A DNA stretch of 64,000 bases from positions 3,136,001 through 3,200,000 of the forward strand of contig OZ252299.1 of assembly GCA_965250285.1 (NCBI GenBank). The letters are read 5' to 3'. A program made the translations under genes and the position numbers. The notes beneath the pieces were generated by a model that was not told the DNA's origin, searched no databases, and saw only the letters and a program-made list of their open reading frames with translations. This document shows positions 1-9,705 of the stretch, in pieces (position 1 is the first letter of the stretch; each line of letters opens with the position of its first letter). The stretch is from Myxococcota bacterium. GTDB lineage: Bacteria > Myxococcota_A > UBA9160 > UBA4427.

Positions 1-635
1 TCGACGTGCTCGCGGCCGATCGCGGCGACGACGTCGCTCGCGGCGAGCCCCCGCGCGCGCAGCGCATCGACGTCGAGCCAGATGCGAATGTTGCGGTCGA
101 GCCGCCCGAAGATCGCGAGCCCGGCGACGCCTGGGATCGTCTCGAGGGCCGGCTTGATCTGGCGTCGGACGAACTCACTCACCTCGGTCTGGCTGCGCGT
201 GAAGCGCAGCGGCACCCAGAGCACCGGCTGATCGTTCGGATCGAACTTCTCGACGATCGGCGTCTCGATGTCGTCGGGCAGCTCGAAGCGCGCGCGCGCG
301 ACCTTGTCGCGCATGTCCTGGGCGGCGACCTCCATGTCCACGCCGAGCTCGAACTCGACGATGATCTGGGAGGCGCCCTGAAAACTCGTCGACTGAATCG
401 AGCGCACGCCCGCGATCGTGTTGAGGTGCTCCTCCAGCACGGACGTGACGTCTTCTTCCATGCCTTCGGGGCTCGCGCCCTCGAGCGTCGCGACCACCGC
501 GAGGACCGGGAACTCCATGTTCGGGAACTGATCCACGCCGAGACGCTGATAGCCGAGCATCCCGAAGACGATGAGCGCCAGGGTCATCATCCACGTGAGG
601 ATCGGCCGCCGAATCGAGATGTCGGAGAGCGTCAT
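1..635 (-). CDS. RND efflux permease (AcrB/MdtB family), N-terminal part, runs off the window
   Basis: Not in ORF track. Manual translation from ATG 635: MTLSDISIRRPILTWMMTLALIVFGMLGYQRLGVDQFPNMEFP...GASPEGMEEDVT, a typical AcrB N-terminus; ATGA overlap with upstream adaptor stop. Confidence 0.93.
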   Translation of the reverse strand, partial: MTLSDISIRRPILTWMMTLALIVFGMLGYQRLGVDQFPNMEFPVLAVVATLEGASPEGMEEDVTSVLEEHLNTIAGVRSIQSTSFQGASQIIVEFELGVDMEVAAQDMRDKVARARFELPDDIETPIVEKFDPNDQPVLWVPLRFTRSQTEVSEFVRRQIKPALETIPGVAGLAIFGRLDRNIRIWLDVDALRARGLAASDVVAAIGREHV

Positions 636-1795
636 CGCGAAGCCTCGGTGCCGGCGGCGCTTTCGAGGGGAGCCCCGTCGGCCGACCGCAGAGAGACCTT
701 CGCGCCGTCGATCAGCCCGACCTGACCGCGCACGATGACGCGGTCGCCGACGGCGAGTGATCCGATGGCCTCGACGTGGCCCTCGCGGTGCAGGCCGGTC
801 TGGATCCGCACGCGCTCGACCCGGTCGCTGCCCTTCAGTCGAAACACGATCGAGCCGTCGGATCGCTGCAAGACCGCCTCTTCGGGGATCATCGTGACGC
901 CTCCCCGCTCGGCCACGCCCAGGTCGACGCGCGCGAACGTGCCGGGCCGCAGCCGGCCGTCGCCATTCGGCAGCACGGCCTTGACCCGCAGCGTGCGCGT
1001 GCGGGGATCGATCGTCGGCGAGATGGCCGAGACCGTGGCGTCGAAGACGGCGTCCGGGAACGGCGCGACGCGCACGCCGACGGGATCGCCCAGCTCGACC
1101 CGGCTCGAGTCGACCTCGGCCAGACGGAACGAGACTTCGACGGGATCGAGCACGACGAGCCGCAGCAGTGGCTGTCCGACCGTGAGGAACTCGCCCGGGC
1201 TGACGTGGCGCTCGGCCACCAGCCCGGCGAAGGGCGCCCGCACCGTCGAATCGGCCAGTGCCCGTTCGGCGAGCCCGAGCCCCGCCCGGGCGGCTCGCCG
1301 CCGCGCCTCGGCCAGCTCGAGCTGCGTGCGCGCCTCGTCGACCTGCGACGTCGAGGCGGCATTGCGGGCCGAGAGCTGCTCGACCCGCTTCATCTCACGC
1401 CGGGCCTCGGCCACCGCAGCCTCGGCCTCGGCCAGCTGTGCGCGACTCTGCCCCAACTCGAGCTCTCGGCGCGCGGGATCGATCGCGAGCAGCGGCTGCC
1501 CCGATTCGACGGCGTCGCCCTCGTCGAACGAGAGCGCGGTCACCTCGCCCCCGACCTGCGATGCGATGGTCGCCGAATCCTTCGCGACCAGCTCACCGGT
1601 GGCTTCGACGCGGTCGACGACGTCCCAGCCCTCGACCGGCGCCGCCATGACGGGCGCCGCCGAGAGCAGCGGCGCCGTCACCTTCTCTTCACCACACCCG
1701 ACGACCACCGCAACGCCGACCGAGAGCAGCGCCGCGAAGCGCAGCCGGCTGCGCCCCGTGCGTGCGTGCATCGCTTCGCGTCTTCGACCGATCAC
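632..1795 (-). CDS. RND efflux periplasmic adaptor (MFP), lipoprotein-type
   Basis: VVVGC lipobox, coiled hairpin, TVRAPFAGLV, ISPTIDPRTRT, LRPGTFAR; coupled to permease. Confidence 0.93.
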   Translation of the reverse strand: MIGRRREAMHARTGRSRLRFAALLSVGVAVVVGCGEEKVTAPLLSAAPVMAAPVEGWDVVDRVEATGELVAKDSATIASQVGGEVTALSFDEGDAVESGQPLLAIDPARRELELGQSRAQLAEAEAAVAEARREMKRVEQLSARNAASTSQVDEARTQLELAEARRRAARAGLGLAERALADSTVRAPFAGLVAERHVSPGEFLTVGQPLLRLVVLDPVEVSFRLAEVDSSRVELGDPVGVRVAPFPDAVFDATVSAISPTIDPRTRTLRVKAVLPNGDGRLRPGTFARVDLGVAERGGVTMIPEEAVLQRSDGSIVFRLKGSDRVERVRIQTGLHREGHVEAIGSLAVGDRVIVRGQVGLIDGAKVSLRSADGAPLESAAGTEASR

Positions 1796-2451
1796 GACTG
1801 CGCCCCGCGCGCGGTCGGCGCGCTCGATCCATTGCGGCGCACCGCCGCGTCGGCGGCAGGCAGAATCGTGCCCGCGATCATGCCGCGGAGCGCGACGTCG
1901 AGCAGACGCTCGTCCCAGTCGCGCTCGGGGTGCGTCACCTGGAGCGACACGACGCCGTGCACCAGCGCCCAGTACGCATCCTTCGTCAGATCGAGATCGG
2001 TGTGCGCGAGTCGCCCCTGTGACGCGAGTCGCTCCAGTGGCTCGGCGAGCAGCTGCGTGCAGACGTCGGCCGACGGCGGGCGCGCATCGGGGCGGGCCGC
2101 CGATCGCGTGAAGAGCAGATAGTGCGCCGGGTGAGCGCGCCCGAAGTCGGCGAAGACGCGCGCGCGGCCGCAGAGCTGCTCGACGGCCTCATCCGCGTCG
2201 CCAACGCTTCGCAGCGCGTCGGCGAGCTCGGCGAGGCGCAGTTCGAGCAGGTCGGCGAGCAGGTGCTGCTTGTCGCCGAAGTGTCGGTAGATGATCGGCG
2301 CCGAGTGCCCGCACTCCGCGACGAGCCGACGAATCGAGAACGAAGACTCACCACCGGTCGCGAGCAGCTGGTCCGCCTGCTCGAGGATCGTGCGGCGGAC
2401 ATGCTCGGCGCTGGGGATCGATGTGGTCGCAGACCGGGCCCCGAGTGACAT
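1792..2451 (-). CDS. TetR/AcrR family regulator (WHG-type C-terminus)
   Basis: HTH FSIRRLVAECGHSAPIIYRHFGDK, WALVHG; ATG 2451 with GGAG RBS preferred over the longer ORF. Confidence 0.88.
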   Translation of the reverse strand: MSLGARSATTSIPSAEHVRRTILEQADQLLATGGESSFSIRRLVAECGHSAPIIYRHFGDKQHLLADLLELRLAELADALRSVGDADEAVEQLCGRARVFADFGRAHPAHYLLFTRSAARPDARPPSADVCTQLLAEPLERLASQGRLAHTDLDLTKDAYWALVHGVVSLQVTHPERDWDERLLDVALRGMIAGTILPAADAAVRRNGSSAPTARGAQS

Positions 2452-2545
2452 GCGATGCTCTCCGTGATTGGAACACCCAATCGTGTCGTCCATGGCCCAG
2501 GCGGGCGCCGACGCGCACGCGACGCCGACAGCGCTCAGATGCCTG

Positions 2546-2558
2546 CTAACGCCGTTAG
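2546..2558. promoter_or_regulatory. Palindrome CTAACGCCGTTAG, candidate TetR operator
   Basis: Perfect 6-1-6 palindrome ~95 bp upstream of the TetR start; a second inverted repeat AACACACG...CGTGTGTT lies at 2618-2644. Confidence 0.5.
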
Positions 2559-2716
2559 AGGCCCGATCGGATAGCACAACCCGCCCACACCCGGCTTGCC
2601 GGCACCCGCCTTCTTCGAACACACGTTCTTACGGCTCGTGTGTTTTCGGCCTCTCGGGTGAAATAGTTTGAATTCGTGCGACAGAGCACAAGTCGGACGC
2701 GTCGGCGCCCGCTAGC

Positions 2717-4141
2717 GTGACATCCAACTGGCGGAGCACCCGTCCCCTCCGCCGGAGCCAGCCCGTGGCCAGCGTTGTCTCTGCCCGACTCCTGAACGCG
2801 TTTCTGCGCGCCCTCGTGGCGCAGAACGTCGACGTCGATTCGATCGTCGGTGACCTGCCGATCGAATCGACGGACGACCCGTCGCGCACGGCCCTGATCG
2901 CATGGGACGACGTCGCAGAGCTCGGCGTTCGGCTCGAGCGGCGTCTCGGCGGTGCTGATGCCCTCGTCGACCTGGGCGCGACCCTCGCCGCTTCACACCC
3001 GATGCCCGCGATGCGGCGACTGGCCGGCGTGACATCGGGCTCGCACGCGCTCTACCGCACGGCGCTGCGCTGGCTCGAGCTTCACATGCCGCGGGATCTC
3101 ACCACCCACGTGCGTGGGGTCGGCGAGGATCAGCTCGAGATTCGCATCATCATGCCTTCGGGCAGCGCCTCGTGCCCGGCCTTCTTCCACCTGCTCGAGG
3201 GCATCGCCCGGTCACTGCCCCGACAGCTCGATCTCGACGAGGCCGTCGTGACGTCGCGTATTCAGTCGAACGCGGCGACGTTCGTCGTCACGCCGCCGAC
3301 CAGCGGAACGATCTGGCGGCGGGGTCTGCGCAGCCTGCGCACGCTGCTCGGCTCGAATGCCGCCCTCGCCGAGCTCGAGGAAGACCGACACCGGCTGCGT
3401 CATGACGTCGATCAGCTGGAGCGCGCGCTCTTCGACACGACCGCCCGAGAGTCGACACTGCGCACACTCGTCGCCGGCAGCACCGAGCTGTTGCTCGTCG
3501 TCGGCCACGACGGCCGAATCCATGCGGCGAGCGAATCCTCGCGCCGGGTGACGGGGTATGTGCCCGACCAGATCGTCGGCAGCCACCTGGCGCTCTGGTT
3601 CCACCGCGACGACGACGCCGCGATCCGCGGCCTGCTCGATCGGGCCTTCTCGGGTGAACGCTTCGACTCGGCCGACGGATTGCGCGCGCGGCACGAAGAC
3701 GGCCGCTGGCTCGACACGCACGTCGAGCAGCGCGGCGGGCGACTCGACGGCGATCTACACGGCGTCGTCCTCGCCGTCGCGCCCGCTCGCCATCCCGACG
3801 AGCACGCCGACCGCGACGAGCTGGCAGCGCGGCTGCAGCGCCTCGAACGCCGACACGACGAGCTCAAGGAAGCGTACGAGAAGCTTCGACAATCGCGGCA
3901 GTCACGCCCGGCACATCACCTCGACACGCTGATCGACGCTTCGGTGGCCGCTGCGGTCGGCCCCGACGCCGAGCCCGACGACGCCGCGCCGAGCGCGAGT
4001 CAGTCGGCCTCGCGCTCGATCTCGACGCCGGGCTCGGGTCAGTCGGCCTCGCGCTCGATGTCGACGCCAAGCGCGGGTCAGTCGGCCTCGCGTTCGATGT
4101 CGACGCCGAGCGCGCGCAGCTTCTCTTCGAGGCGTTCGTAG
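2717..4141 (+). CDS. PAS-domain sensor-like protein lacking an output domain
   Basis: PAS motif (LLVVGHDGRIHAASESSRRVTGY...FHRDD...RARHEDGRW) between coiled coils; C-terminus made of repeats and overlapping murA; start uncertain. Confidence 0.65.
   Translation: MTSNWRSTRPLRRSQPVASVVSARLLNAFLRALVAQNVDVDSIVGDLPIESTDDPSRTALIAWDDVAELGVRLERRLGGADALVDLGATLAASHPMPAMRRLAGVTSGSHALYRTALRWLELHMPRDLTTHVRGVGEDQLEIRIIMPSGSASCPAFFHLLEGIARSLPRQLDLDEAVVTSRIQSNAATFVVTPPTSGTIWRRGLRSLRTLLGSNAALAELEEDRHRLRHDVDQLERALFDTTARESTLRTLVAGSTELLLVVGHDGRIHAASESSRRVTGYVPDQIVGSHLALWFHRDDDAAIRGLLDRAFSGERFDSADGLRARHEDGRWLDTHVEQRGGRLDGDLHGVVLAVAPARHPDEHADRDELAARLQRLERRHDELKEAYEKLRQSRQSRPAHHLDTLIDASVAAAVGPDAEPDDAAPSASQSASRSISTPGSGQSASRSMSTPSAGQSASRSMSTPSARSFSSRRS
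4000..4116. repeat. 3 x 39-bp tandem repeat of the murA 3' end
   Basis: TCAGTCGGCCTCGCG(C/T)TCGAT(C/G)TCGACGCC... starts at 4000, 4039 and 4078. Confidence 0.9.
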
Positions 4142-5358
4142 CCCCGATCGAGGATCTCGGCGTTCTGCACGATGCTGGGCCGACCGGTCGCACAACACGC
4201 CGCGATCACCAGCGCCATGCCCGCGCGAATATCGGGGCTGCGCACGGTCTGCCCGCGCAGCGCCGTCTTGCCGCTCACGATGGCGCGGTGCGGATCGCAC
4301 ACCACGATGTTCGCGCCCATCTGGATCAGCGGGTCGACGAAGTAGAGCCGGCTCTCGAACATCTTCTCGAAGAAGAGCACGGTGCCCTCGGCCTGGGTGG
4401 CGAGCACGAGGATCGGGCTCATCATGTCGCTCGGAAACTGCGGCCAGGGGCCATCGTCGACCCGCGGCATCGCGCCGCCCGCGTCGTGCTGGATGCGCGC
4501 GCGTTGGCCGGGCGGGAGCACGACGCAGTCGCTGCGCAGATCGAGCTCGATCCCGAAGCGCTCGAACACGCGGTTGGTCATCCAGTAGTGGCTTCGCACG
4601 GTGTCGCGGACGGTGATCTCGCCGCCCATCGCGGCGGCGAGCGCGAGAAAGCTGCCGACCTCGATGTGATCGGACACCACGCGATGCGTCGCGCCGTGGA
4701 GCTTCTCGACGCCCCGCACGGTCAGCGTGTTGGTGCCCATCCCGGTGATGTCAGCGCCCATCGAGTTGAGAAGCGCCGCGAGATCCTGCACGTGCGGCTC
4801 GCCGGCTGCATTGAGCAGCGTCGTTTCGCCATCGGCCAGCACGGCGGCCATCAGGATGTGTTCGGTGGCGGTGACGCTCGCTTCGTCGAAGAAGAGCATG
4901 GCCGACTGGAAGCGACCGTCGACCTCGAAGGCGAAGGAGTGCTCGTCGACCTCGGCGCCGAGCCCCCGCAATCCGTAGAAGTGGGCATCGAGGCGACGTC
5001 GGCCGATCTGGTCGCCACCGGGCGGTGACAACTTCGCGCGCCCGAGCCGCGCGAGCAGCGGCGCCACGAAGAGCACCGACGTGCGCGTCTGATCGCAGAG
5101 GGCTTCCGACACCTCGTAGGTTTCGAGATTGGCTGCGGTGATCGACACCCGACCGGGTGAGCGCTCGACACGCGCCCCCAGGCTCTCGGCAATCTCGAGC
5201 ATGCTCGCGACGTCCCGCAGGTCGGGGACGTTCTCGAGCACGACCTCTTCATCGGTCAGCAGCGCCGCCGACAGCATGGGCAGCACCGCGTTCTTGTTGC
5301 CGCTGGCCTCGATCTCTCCGGCGATCGGGGATCCACCCCGGATCACGAACCTGCTCAT
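4078..5358 (-). CDS. murA: UDP-N-acetylglucosamine 1-carboxyvinyltransferase (Asp-type)
   Basis: GNKNAVLP, PPGGDQIGRRRLDAH, ASVTATE, PQFPSDM, FESRL, PDIRAG, LDRGYE. Confidence 0.95.
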   Translation of the reverse strand: MSRFVIRGGSPIAGEIEASGNKNAVLPMLSAALLTDEEVVLENVPDLRDVASMLEIAESLGARVERSPGRVSITAANLETYEVSEALCDQTRTSVLFVAPLLARLGRAKLSPPGGDQIGRRRLDAHFYGLRGLGAEVDEHSFAFEVDGRFQSAMLFFDEASVTATEHILMAAVLADGETTLLNAAGEPHVQDLAALLNSMGADITGMGTNTLTVRGVEKLHGATHRVVSDHIEVGSFLALAAAMGGEITVRDTVRSHYWMTNRVFERFGIELDLRSDCVVLPPGQRARIQHDAGGAMPRVDDGPWPQFPSDMMSPILVLATQAEGTVLFFEKMFESRLYFVDPLIQMGANIVVCDPHRAIVSGKTALRGQTVRSPDIRAGMALVIAACCATGRPSIVQNAEILDRGYERLEEKLRALGVDIEREAD

Positions 5359-5467
5359 CGTCCCCCCTCCGGCGGGCAGCGTAGGGCAAGATCCGACCCG
5401 GCGCGCCGCTGCGTCGGATTCTTCGTTTGCGATCGGGGCTCGACCTGGGGAACGCTACGGCCCGTCC

Positions 5468-6232
5468 ATGGAACTCGACCCGCTGCACTTCTACGAGACC
5501 GCGACGCGCGTGGTCATCGGCGTCGCGATCTGCGTCTTCGCGCTGCTGCTGCTGATCGACGCGCCGTACGGCCGCTTCGTGAGCGACGCCTGGGGGCCGA
5601 CGCTCCCGGCCCGCTTCGGATGGGTCGTGATGGAGGCCGCGGCGCCCGTCGCGATGGCCATCACGTTCTTTCGAGGTGCGGGTCGGAGCGACGTCGTGCC
5701 GCTCTTCTTCTTCGCGCTCTTCCAGCTGCACTATCTGAATCGGGCGGTGATCCAGCCCTTGCGCACGCGAGGCTCGAATCGCCGCACGACGCTCTTCATC
5801 GTCGTGGCGGCCCTGATCTTCAACAGCGTGAACGGCGTGTTGATCGGCCTCGCGCTCACGTACGTCCATACGTACGACACGAGCTGGCTCACCGATCCCC
5901 GATTCATCGTGGGCCTGGCAATCTTCGCGATCGGGGCCGGCATCAACCTGCACGCCGACTCGGTGCTGCGGCATCTGCGCGCGCCGGGAGAGTCGGGCTA
6001 CCGCATCCCGCGCGGCGGGCTCTGTCGCTGGGTGACCTGCCCCAACTATCTCGGCGAGATCATCGAATGGCTCGGCTTCGCGATCGCCACGTGGAGCACA
6101 GCGGGCCTCGCCTTCGCGTGCTTCACGATCGCGAACCTCGCGCCCCGCGCGCTCGCGAACCACCGCTGGTATCACGAGCACTTCGAGGACTACCCCGAAG
6201 AGCGCCGCGCGATCATTCCGCGCGTGGTGTGA
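5468..6232 (+). CDS. 3-oxo-5-alpha-steroid 4-dehydrogenase-like membrane reductase
   Basis: APYGRF, WVVMEA, HYLNRA, YRIPRGG, CPNYLGEIIEW, NHRWY, RRAIIP. Confidence 0.88.
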   Translation: MELDPLHFYETATRVVIGVAICVFALLLLIDAPYGRFVSDAWGPTLPARFGWVVMEAAAPVAMAITFFRGAGRSDVVPLFFFALFQLHYLNRAVIQPLRTRGSNRRTTLFIVVAALIFNSVNGVLIGLALTYVHTYDTSWLTDPRFIVGLAIFAIGAGINLHADSVLRHLRAPGESGYRIPRGGLCRWVTCPNYLGEIIEWLGFAIATWSTAGLAFACFTIANLAPRALANHRWYHEHFEDYPEERRAIIPRVV

Positions 6233-6258
6233 CCCGCCAACGATGCCGCCGCAGCGCG

Positions 6259-6756
6259 CTACTCGACGACGGTGATCGTCACGACCTCAGAGTAGACCGG
6301 CGGATCATGGGGCACGTGCGCGTGGTCACCCAGCAAGAGCTGCAGCGTGTGGGTGCCGGGCGGCAGGTCGAGCTCGACCTCGGTCTGCCCGCCGCCGAAG
6401 TGCTTGTGCTTCTCGTCCGCCGGGATCGGCATGTCGGTCGGCGGCAGGGGCGCGTCGATGACGAGGTGATGATGCCCCGTGCCCGGCTTCTGCACGCCCG
6501 CCGGTGCGATGCCCATGCCCGAGAGACCGAACTGCACGAGCACCGGCGAGGTCACCTCGGCCCCGTCGTCCGGCCCGATCACGTAGACGCGCGTGCCCGG
6601 GTTCGATGGACTGCGCGGGATGCCCCCCTCGGCCGAGGCGAACGCGGCGAAGAGGACCGCGCCGACGCCGGCTGCGAGCGCGGCCGTCGCGATCGTGACG
6701 ACGAGCCGAGCGCCGAGGGTGCGGGGGCGAGCCGGTGAGGACGTGCGCGATGCCAT
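6259..6756 (-). CDS. DUF4399 domain exported protein
   Basis: Signal peptide, then PAGVQKPGTGHHHLVID, HFGGGQTE, PGTHTLQLLLGD. Confidence 0.85.
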   Translation of the reverse strand: MASRTSSPARPRTLGARLVVTIATAALAAGVGAVLFAAFASAEGGIPRSPSNPGTRVYVIGPDDGAEVTSPVLVQFGLSGMGIAPAGVQKPGTGHHHLVIDAPLPPTDMPIPADEKHKHFGGGQTEVELDLPPGTHTLQLLLGDHAHVPHDPPVYSEVVTITVVE

Positions 6757-7016
6757 GGTCGAGGTCTCCCTTGAGCGAGCGTGCGGATCGAATGATCGGG
6801 CGTTGCCGAGCGTAGCAGCGACACGCTCGACGCATCGCTGCCCACCGCCATTCGTGCCTTGGGCGAGCGCGTTGCGCGACGGCGCGGATCCGGTCGTGTG
6901 TAGAGACCGACCCGGGTGTGGTCGCGCTCGCATGAATCGCGCACTCTCCCTGCCGGCCGAGGCGACCGCGTTCGTCCGCACGCCCTCGCACAGGCCGAGA
7001 CGAGGATCTGCCCGCC

Positions 7017-7520
7017 ATGCTTGATTCGCTGCCCGCGCCGTACACCCCCGACGAGCTGAAGCACTTTCTCGATACGTTCCTGTACAAGGAGGAGGCCTTC
7101 CTCGTCGACGAGATCGTGCGCATGGACGCCGAAGCCGGCCTCGTCGAAGCCCGGATGGACACCGAGCGCCCCCTGCCCTTCGCCGCAGCGCAGCGCACTG
7201 GCCCCAACCATCCGGGCCATGTCTCGGGCGCCGAGATCATCATGATCACGGGCGGCCTCGGCTGCTTGCACGCCTGGTTCTTTCACGGCTGCCGCTGGGA
7301 CGAGGGCTGGGCGGGTTTCGGCAACCGCATTCACCGCGCGGACTTCAAGCGACTCGCACGCCTCGGCCCCCCCCTCGAGCTCGTCTCTCGCGAGACGCGC
7401 AAGCGCGTCGGCGCGCGCCGCGTGCTGCTCACGTACGAGTTCGAGTTCAGCCAGGAAGGCGAGCTCGTCTACAAGAGCGAGCAGACGGCGATGTTCTTCA
7501 AGGATCAAGCGCTGGTCTGA
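7017..7520 (+). CDS. Hotdog-fold (FabA/FabZ-like) protein
   Basis: FLVDEIV, HPGHVSGAE, ADFKRLARLG pattern. Confidence 0.55.
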   Translation: MLDSLPAPYTPDELKHFLDTFLYKEEAFLVDEIVRMDAEAGLVEARMDTERPLPFAAAQRTGPNHPGHVSGAEIIMITGGLGCLHAWFFHGCRWDEGWAGFGNRIHRADFKRLARLGPPLELVSRETRKRVGARRVLLTYEFEFSQEGELVYKSEQTAMFFKDQALV

Positions 7521-7723
7521 GCCGCGGCGCGTTGTGCGCCCCGCCGCGGTCACATCGACCCGCGCCGGCTCATCAAGAATCAAGCGCTGGTCTGAGCCGC
7601 GGCGCGTTGTGCGCCCCGCCGCGGTCACATCGACCCGCGCCGGCTCATCAAGAATCAAGCGCTGGTCTGAGCCGCGGCGCGTTGTGCGCCCCGCCGCGGT
7701 CAGGTCGACCCGCGCCGGCTCAT
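7498..7723. repeat. 3 x 75-bp tandem repeat spanning a convergent intergenic region
   Basis: ATCAAGCGCTGGTCTGAGCCGCGGCGCG... at 7504, 7579 and 7654; each unit holds the hairpin CCGCGGCG...CGCCGCGG. Confidence 0.92.
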
Positions 7724-9705
7724 TCGGCGGCCGGCTCCGGCCAGCGCGTCAGCGCGGCTTCGACGCTGGGGCGATGGCCGACGTCTCCGTACCGCAGCGC
7801 GGCATATCGATCGAGCAGCTCGGCCGCCTCGAGGAACGCGGGCTCGGGCCAGGTCGCTGCATCGTCACCGAGTTCGCCGGGCCCGCGAAGTCGCCGCGCC
7901 AGGCCCTCGAGTGACTCGCCGTGCTCGCGCTGGAAGCCGGCGTCGGCCAGGCGCCGCAGCATGGCCTGCAGCGCCAGCGAGACACGTCGCGCCTTGGCCG
8001 CCTCGTCGCCGCGTGCCTCGGTGCGGCCCTGCACGAGCCGCACGATCTGCGCGACGGCGAGGCCGCAGACGAGGACGATCAAGAGCACCGTGCGCCCATG
8101 CACGCGCGCCTGTCGTGCGATCCAATCGATGATCGCCGCGATCTGCGGCGTCTCGGTCAGACCCTCCGACTGGGTCGCCGCCGCGAGCGGCGTCCCGTCG
8201 AGGGTCGTCCAACCGAGGCCGGGCAGATTCGCCTCGACCCACGCGTGGGCGTGGCGCTCGCGCACGACGGCCCAGCCCCCGATCGGGTTGCGCTCGGCCA
8301 CGCGGTAACCGCTCACGAATCGCGCGGGGATGCCGTCGGCGCGCAGCAGCATCGTCAGCGCCGAGGCGAAGTATTCGCAGTGCCCCGTGCGCATCTCCTC
8401 GAGGAACACGACGACCAGGTCGGCGTCGGGGCGCGCGCGCCGACCGGCGAGCCACGCATCGCGGAACGACGTCGAGTAGGTGTACTGCGTCGCGAGGAGC
8501 GCCTCCATCGTCCGCGCCCGCGCGATGGGATCGGTCGGCGCGTCCGCGAGCTCGCGCTGCAGCCAGACTTCGAGATCGGCACGTGCGCCCTCGGGCACAC
8601 TCAAATCCGCTTCGCCCGGTGGCGCCGGCTCGAAGCGCGTCGGCGGTGGCCACACGAGCTCGGCCTGCAGCGGTTGGGTCTCGTCTCCGTGCACGAGATG
8701 CCAGGGATCGACGAGCGCGGCTTCGGGCTCGATGTCGAAGGGATGCGCGCCGAGCGGCAGGAAGTAGTGCGCCGTCGACTCGGAGACGTACTGAATGCGC
8801 GCCGATGGCGCTTCGGGCGGCGGGGGCGCTGCGAGCTGGATCGGATCGAGATCGGCGACGCTCGTCTTCTCGTGCGGTGCCCAGCGGCCGCTGTCGTACG
8901 TGACGTACACGTTGCCGCGCAGGTGCGTGCCGACCGACCCGTCGACGCGCATGACGACCTCATCCGACTCGCTCATGCCATCGAGCGCGTGCAGGCTGAT
9001 CGGACCGTCGTGAAAGCCCGTGCGCTTGATCGGACCGAAGAGGCCGAGCACCGTGGATGCGCCCGAGCGGACCAATCGCGGTCCGTTCTGGCCCCAGACC
9101 CACATGAGCCCGGGCACGAGCGCGACGAGCAGTACGGCCACCAGTGCGTCGCGGCGCTGCAGACGCCACGGCGCGGGCGCGCGCCCGCGCAGCCAGGCAT
9201 CGAGCATGACGGCTGCGAGCGCGAGCGCGAGGTAGGCCGCGAAGAGCCGCGGCAGCCAGAGACCGGTGCGCACGGTTCCGCAAGCGAGAAAGACGAGCCC
9301 GGCCGCCGCGAGCGACCCGGGCAATCCGCCCTCGGGTCGATCCAGGTGCAGGCGCAGCGCGGCCATCGCGAGGCCCGTGAACGCGAAGACGAACATGGCC
9401 GCGCGAAGGGGCGCCTCACCGAGGCCCGTCTGATCGGGCGTCAATGCGTGGATCACCGAGCCGAGTCCGCCCAGCAAGATCAGCGTCAGAACCTCGCCCG
9501 CCGAGCCGGCGTGCCAGTGCCGGCGATGAAGCAGGGAGGCCAGGGCCAGGGTGCCCCCGGCGAGCGCGATGACCGTGCGTCCGGTCGTCAATGCGAGCTG
9601 CGCGGCCGCGACGCCGACCGCGGCGACGGCGAGCACGCTCGCAAGGTGCGCGGCCGCCCGCGTCGCGTTCGCCCCCGACTGCGGCTCGAGATGACGCGCC
9701 TTCAC
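7720..9705 (-). CDS. Membrane transglutaminase-like protein (TgpA/DUF3488 type)
   Basis: N-terminal TMs; catalytic GHCEYFASA, HAHAWVE, DGTP; GTG 9705 overlaps the DUF58 stop. Confidence 0.88.
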   Translation of the reverse strand: MKARHLEPQSGANATRAAAHLASVLAVAAVGVAAAQLALTTGRTVIALAGGTLALASLLHRRHWHAGSAGEVLTLILLGGLGSVIHALTPDQTGLGEAPLRAAMFVFAFTGLAMAALRLHLDRPEGGLPGSLAAAGLVFLACGTVRTGLWLPRLFAAYLALALAAVMLDAWLRGRAPAPWRLQRRDALVAVLLVALVPGLMWVWGQNGPRLVRSGASTVLGLFGPIKRTGFHDGPISLHALDGMSESDEVVMRVDGSVGTHLRGNVYVTYDSGRWAPHEKTSVADLDPIQLAAPPPPEAPSARIQYVSESTAHYFLPLGAHPFDIEPEAALVDPWHLVHGDETQPLQAELVWPPPTRFEPAPPGEADLSVPEGARADLEVWLQRELADAPTDPIARARTMEALLATQYTYSTSFRDAWLAGRRARPDADLVVVFLEEMRTGHCEYFASALTMLLRADGIPARFVSGYRVAERNPIGGWAVVRERHAHAWVEANLPGLGWTTLDGTPLAAATQSEGLTETPQIAAIIDWIARQARVHGRTVLLIVLVCGLAVAQIVRLVQGRTEARGDEAAKARRVSLALQAMLRRLADAGFQREHGESLEGLARRLRGPGELGDDAATWPEPAFLEAAELLDRYAALRYGDVGHRPSVEAALTRWPEPAAE

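Noticed and set aside
7498..7723. CRISPR array
   Set aside because: Units are near-identical over their full length with no unique spacers, and there are no cas genes
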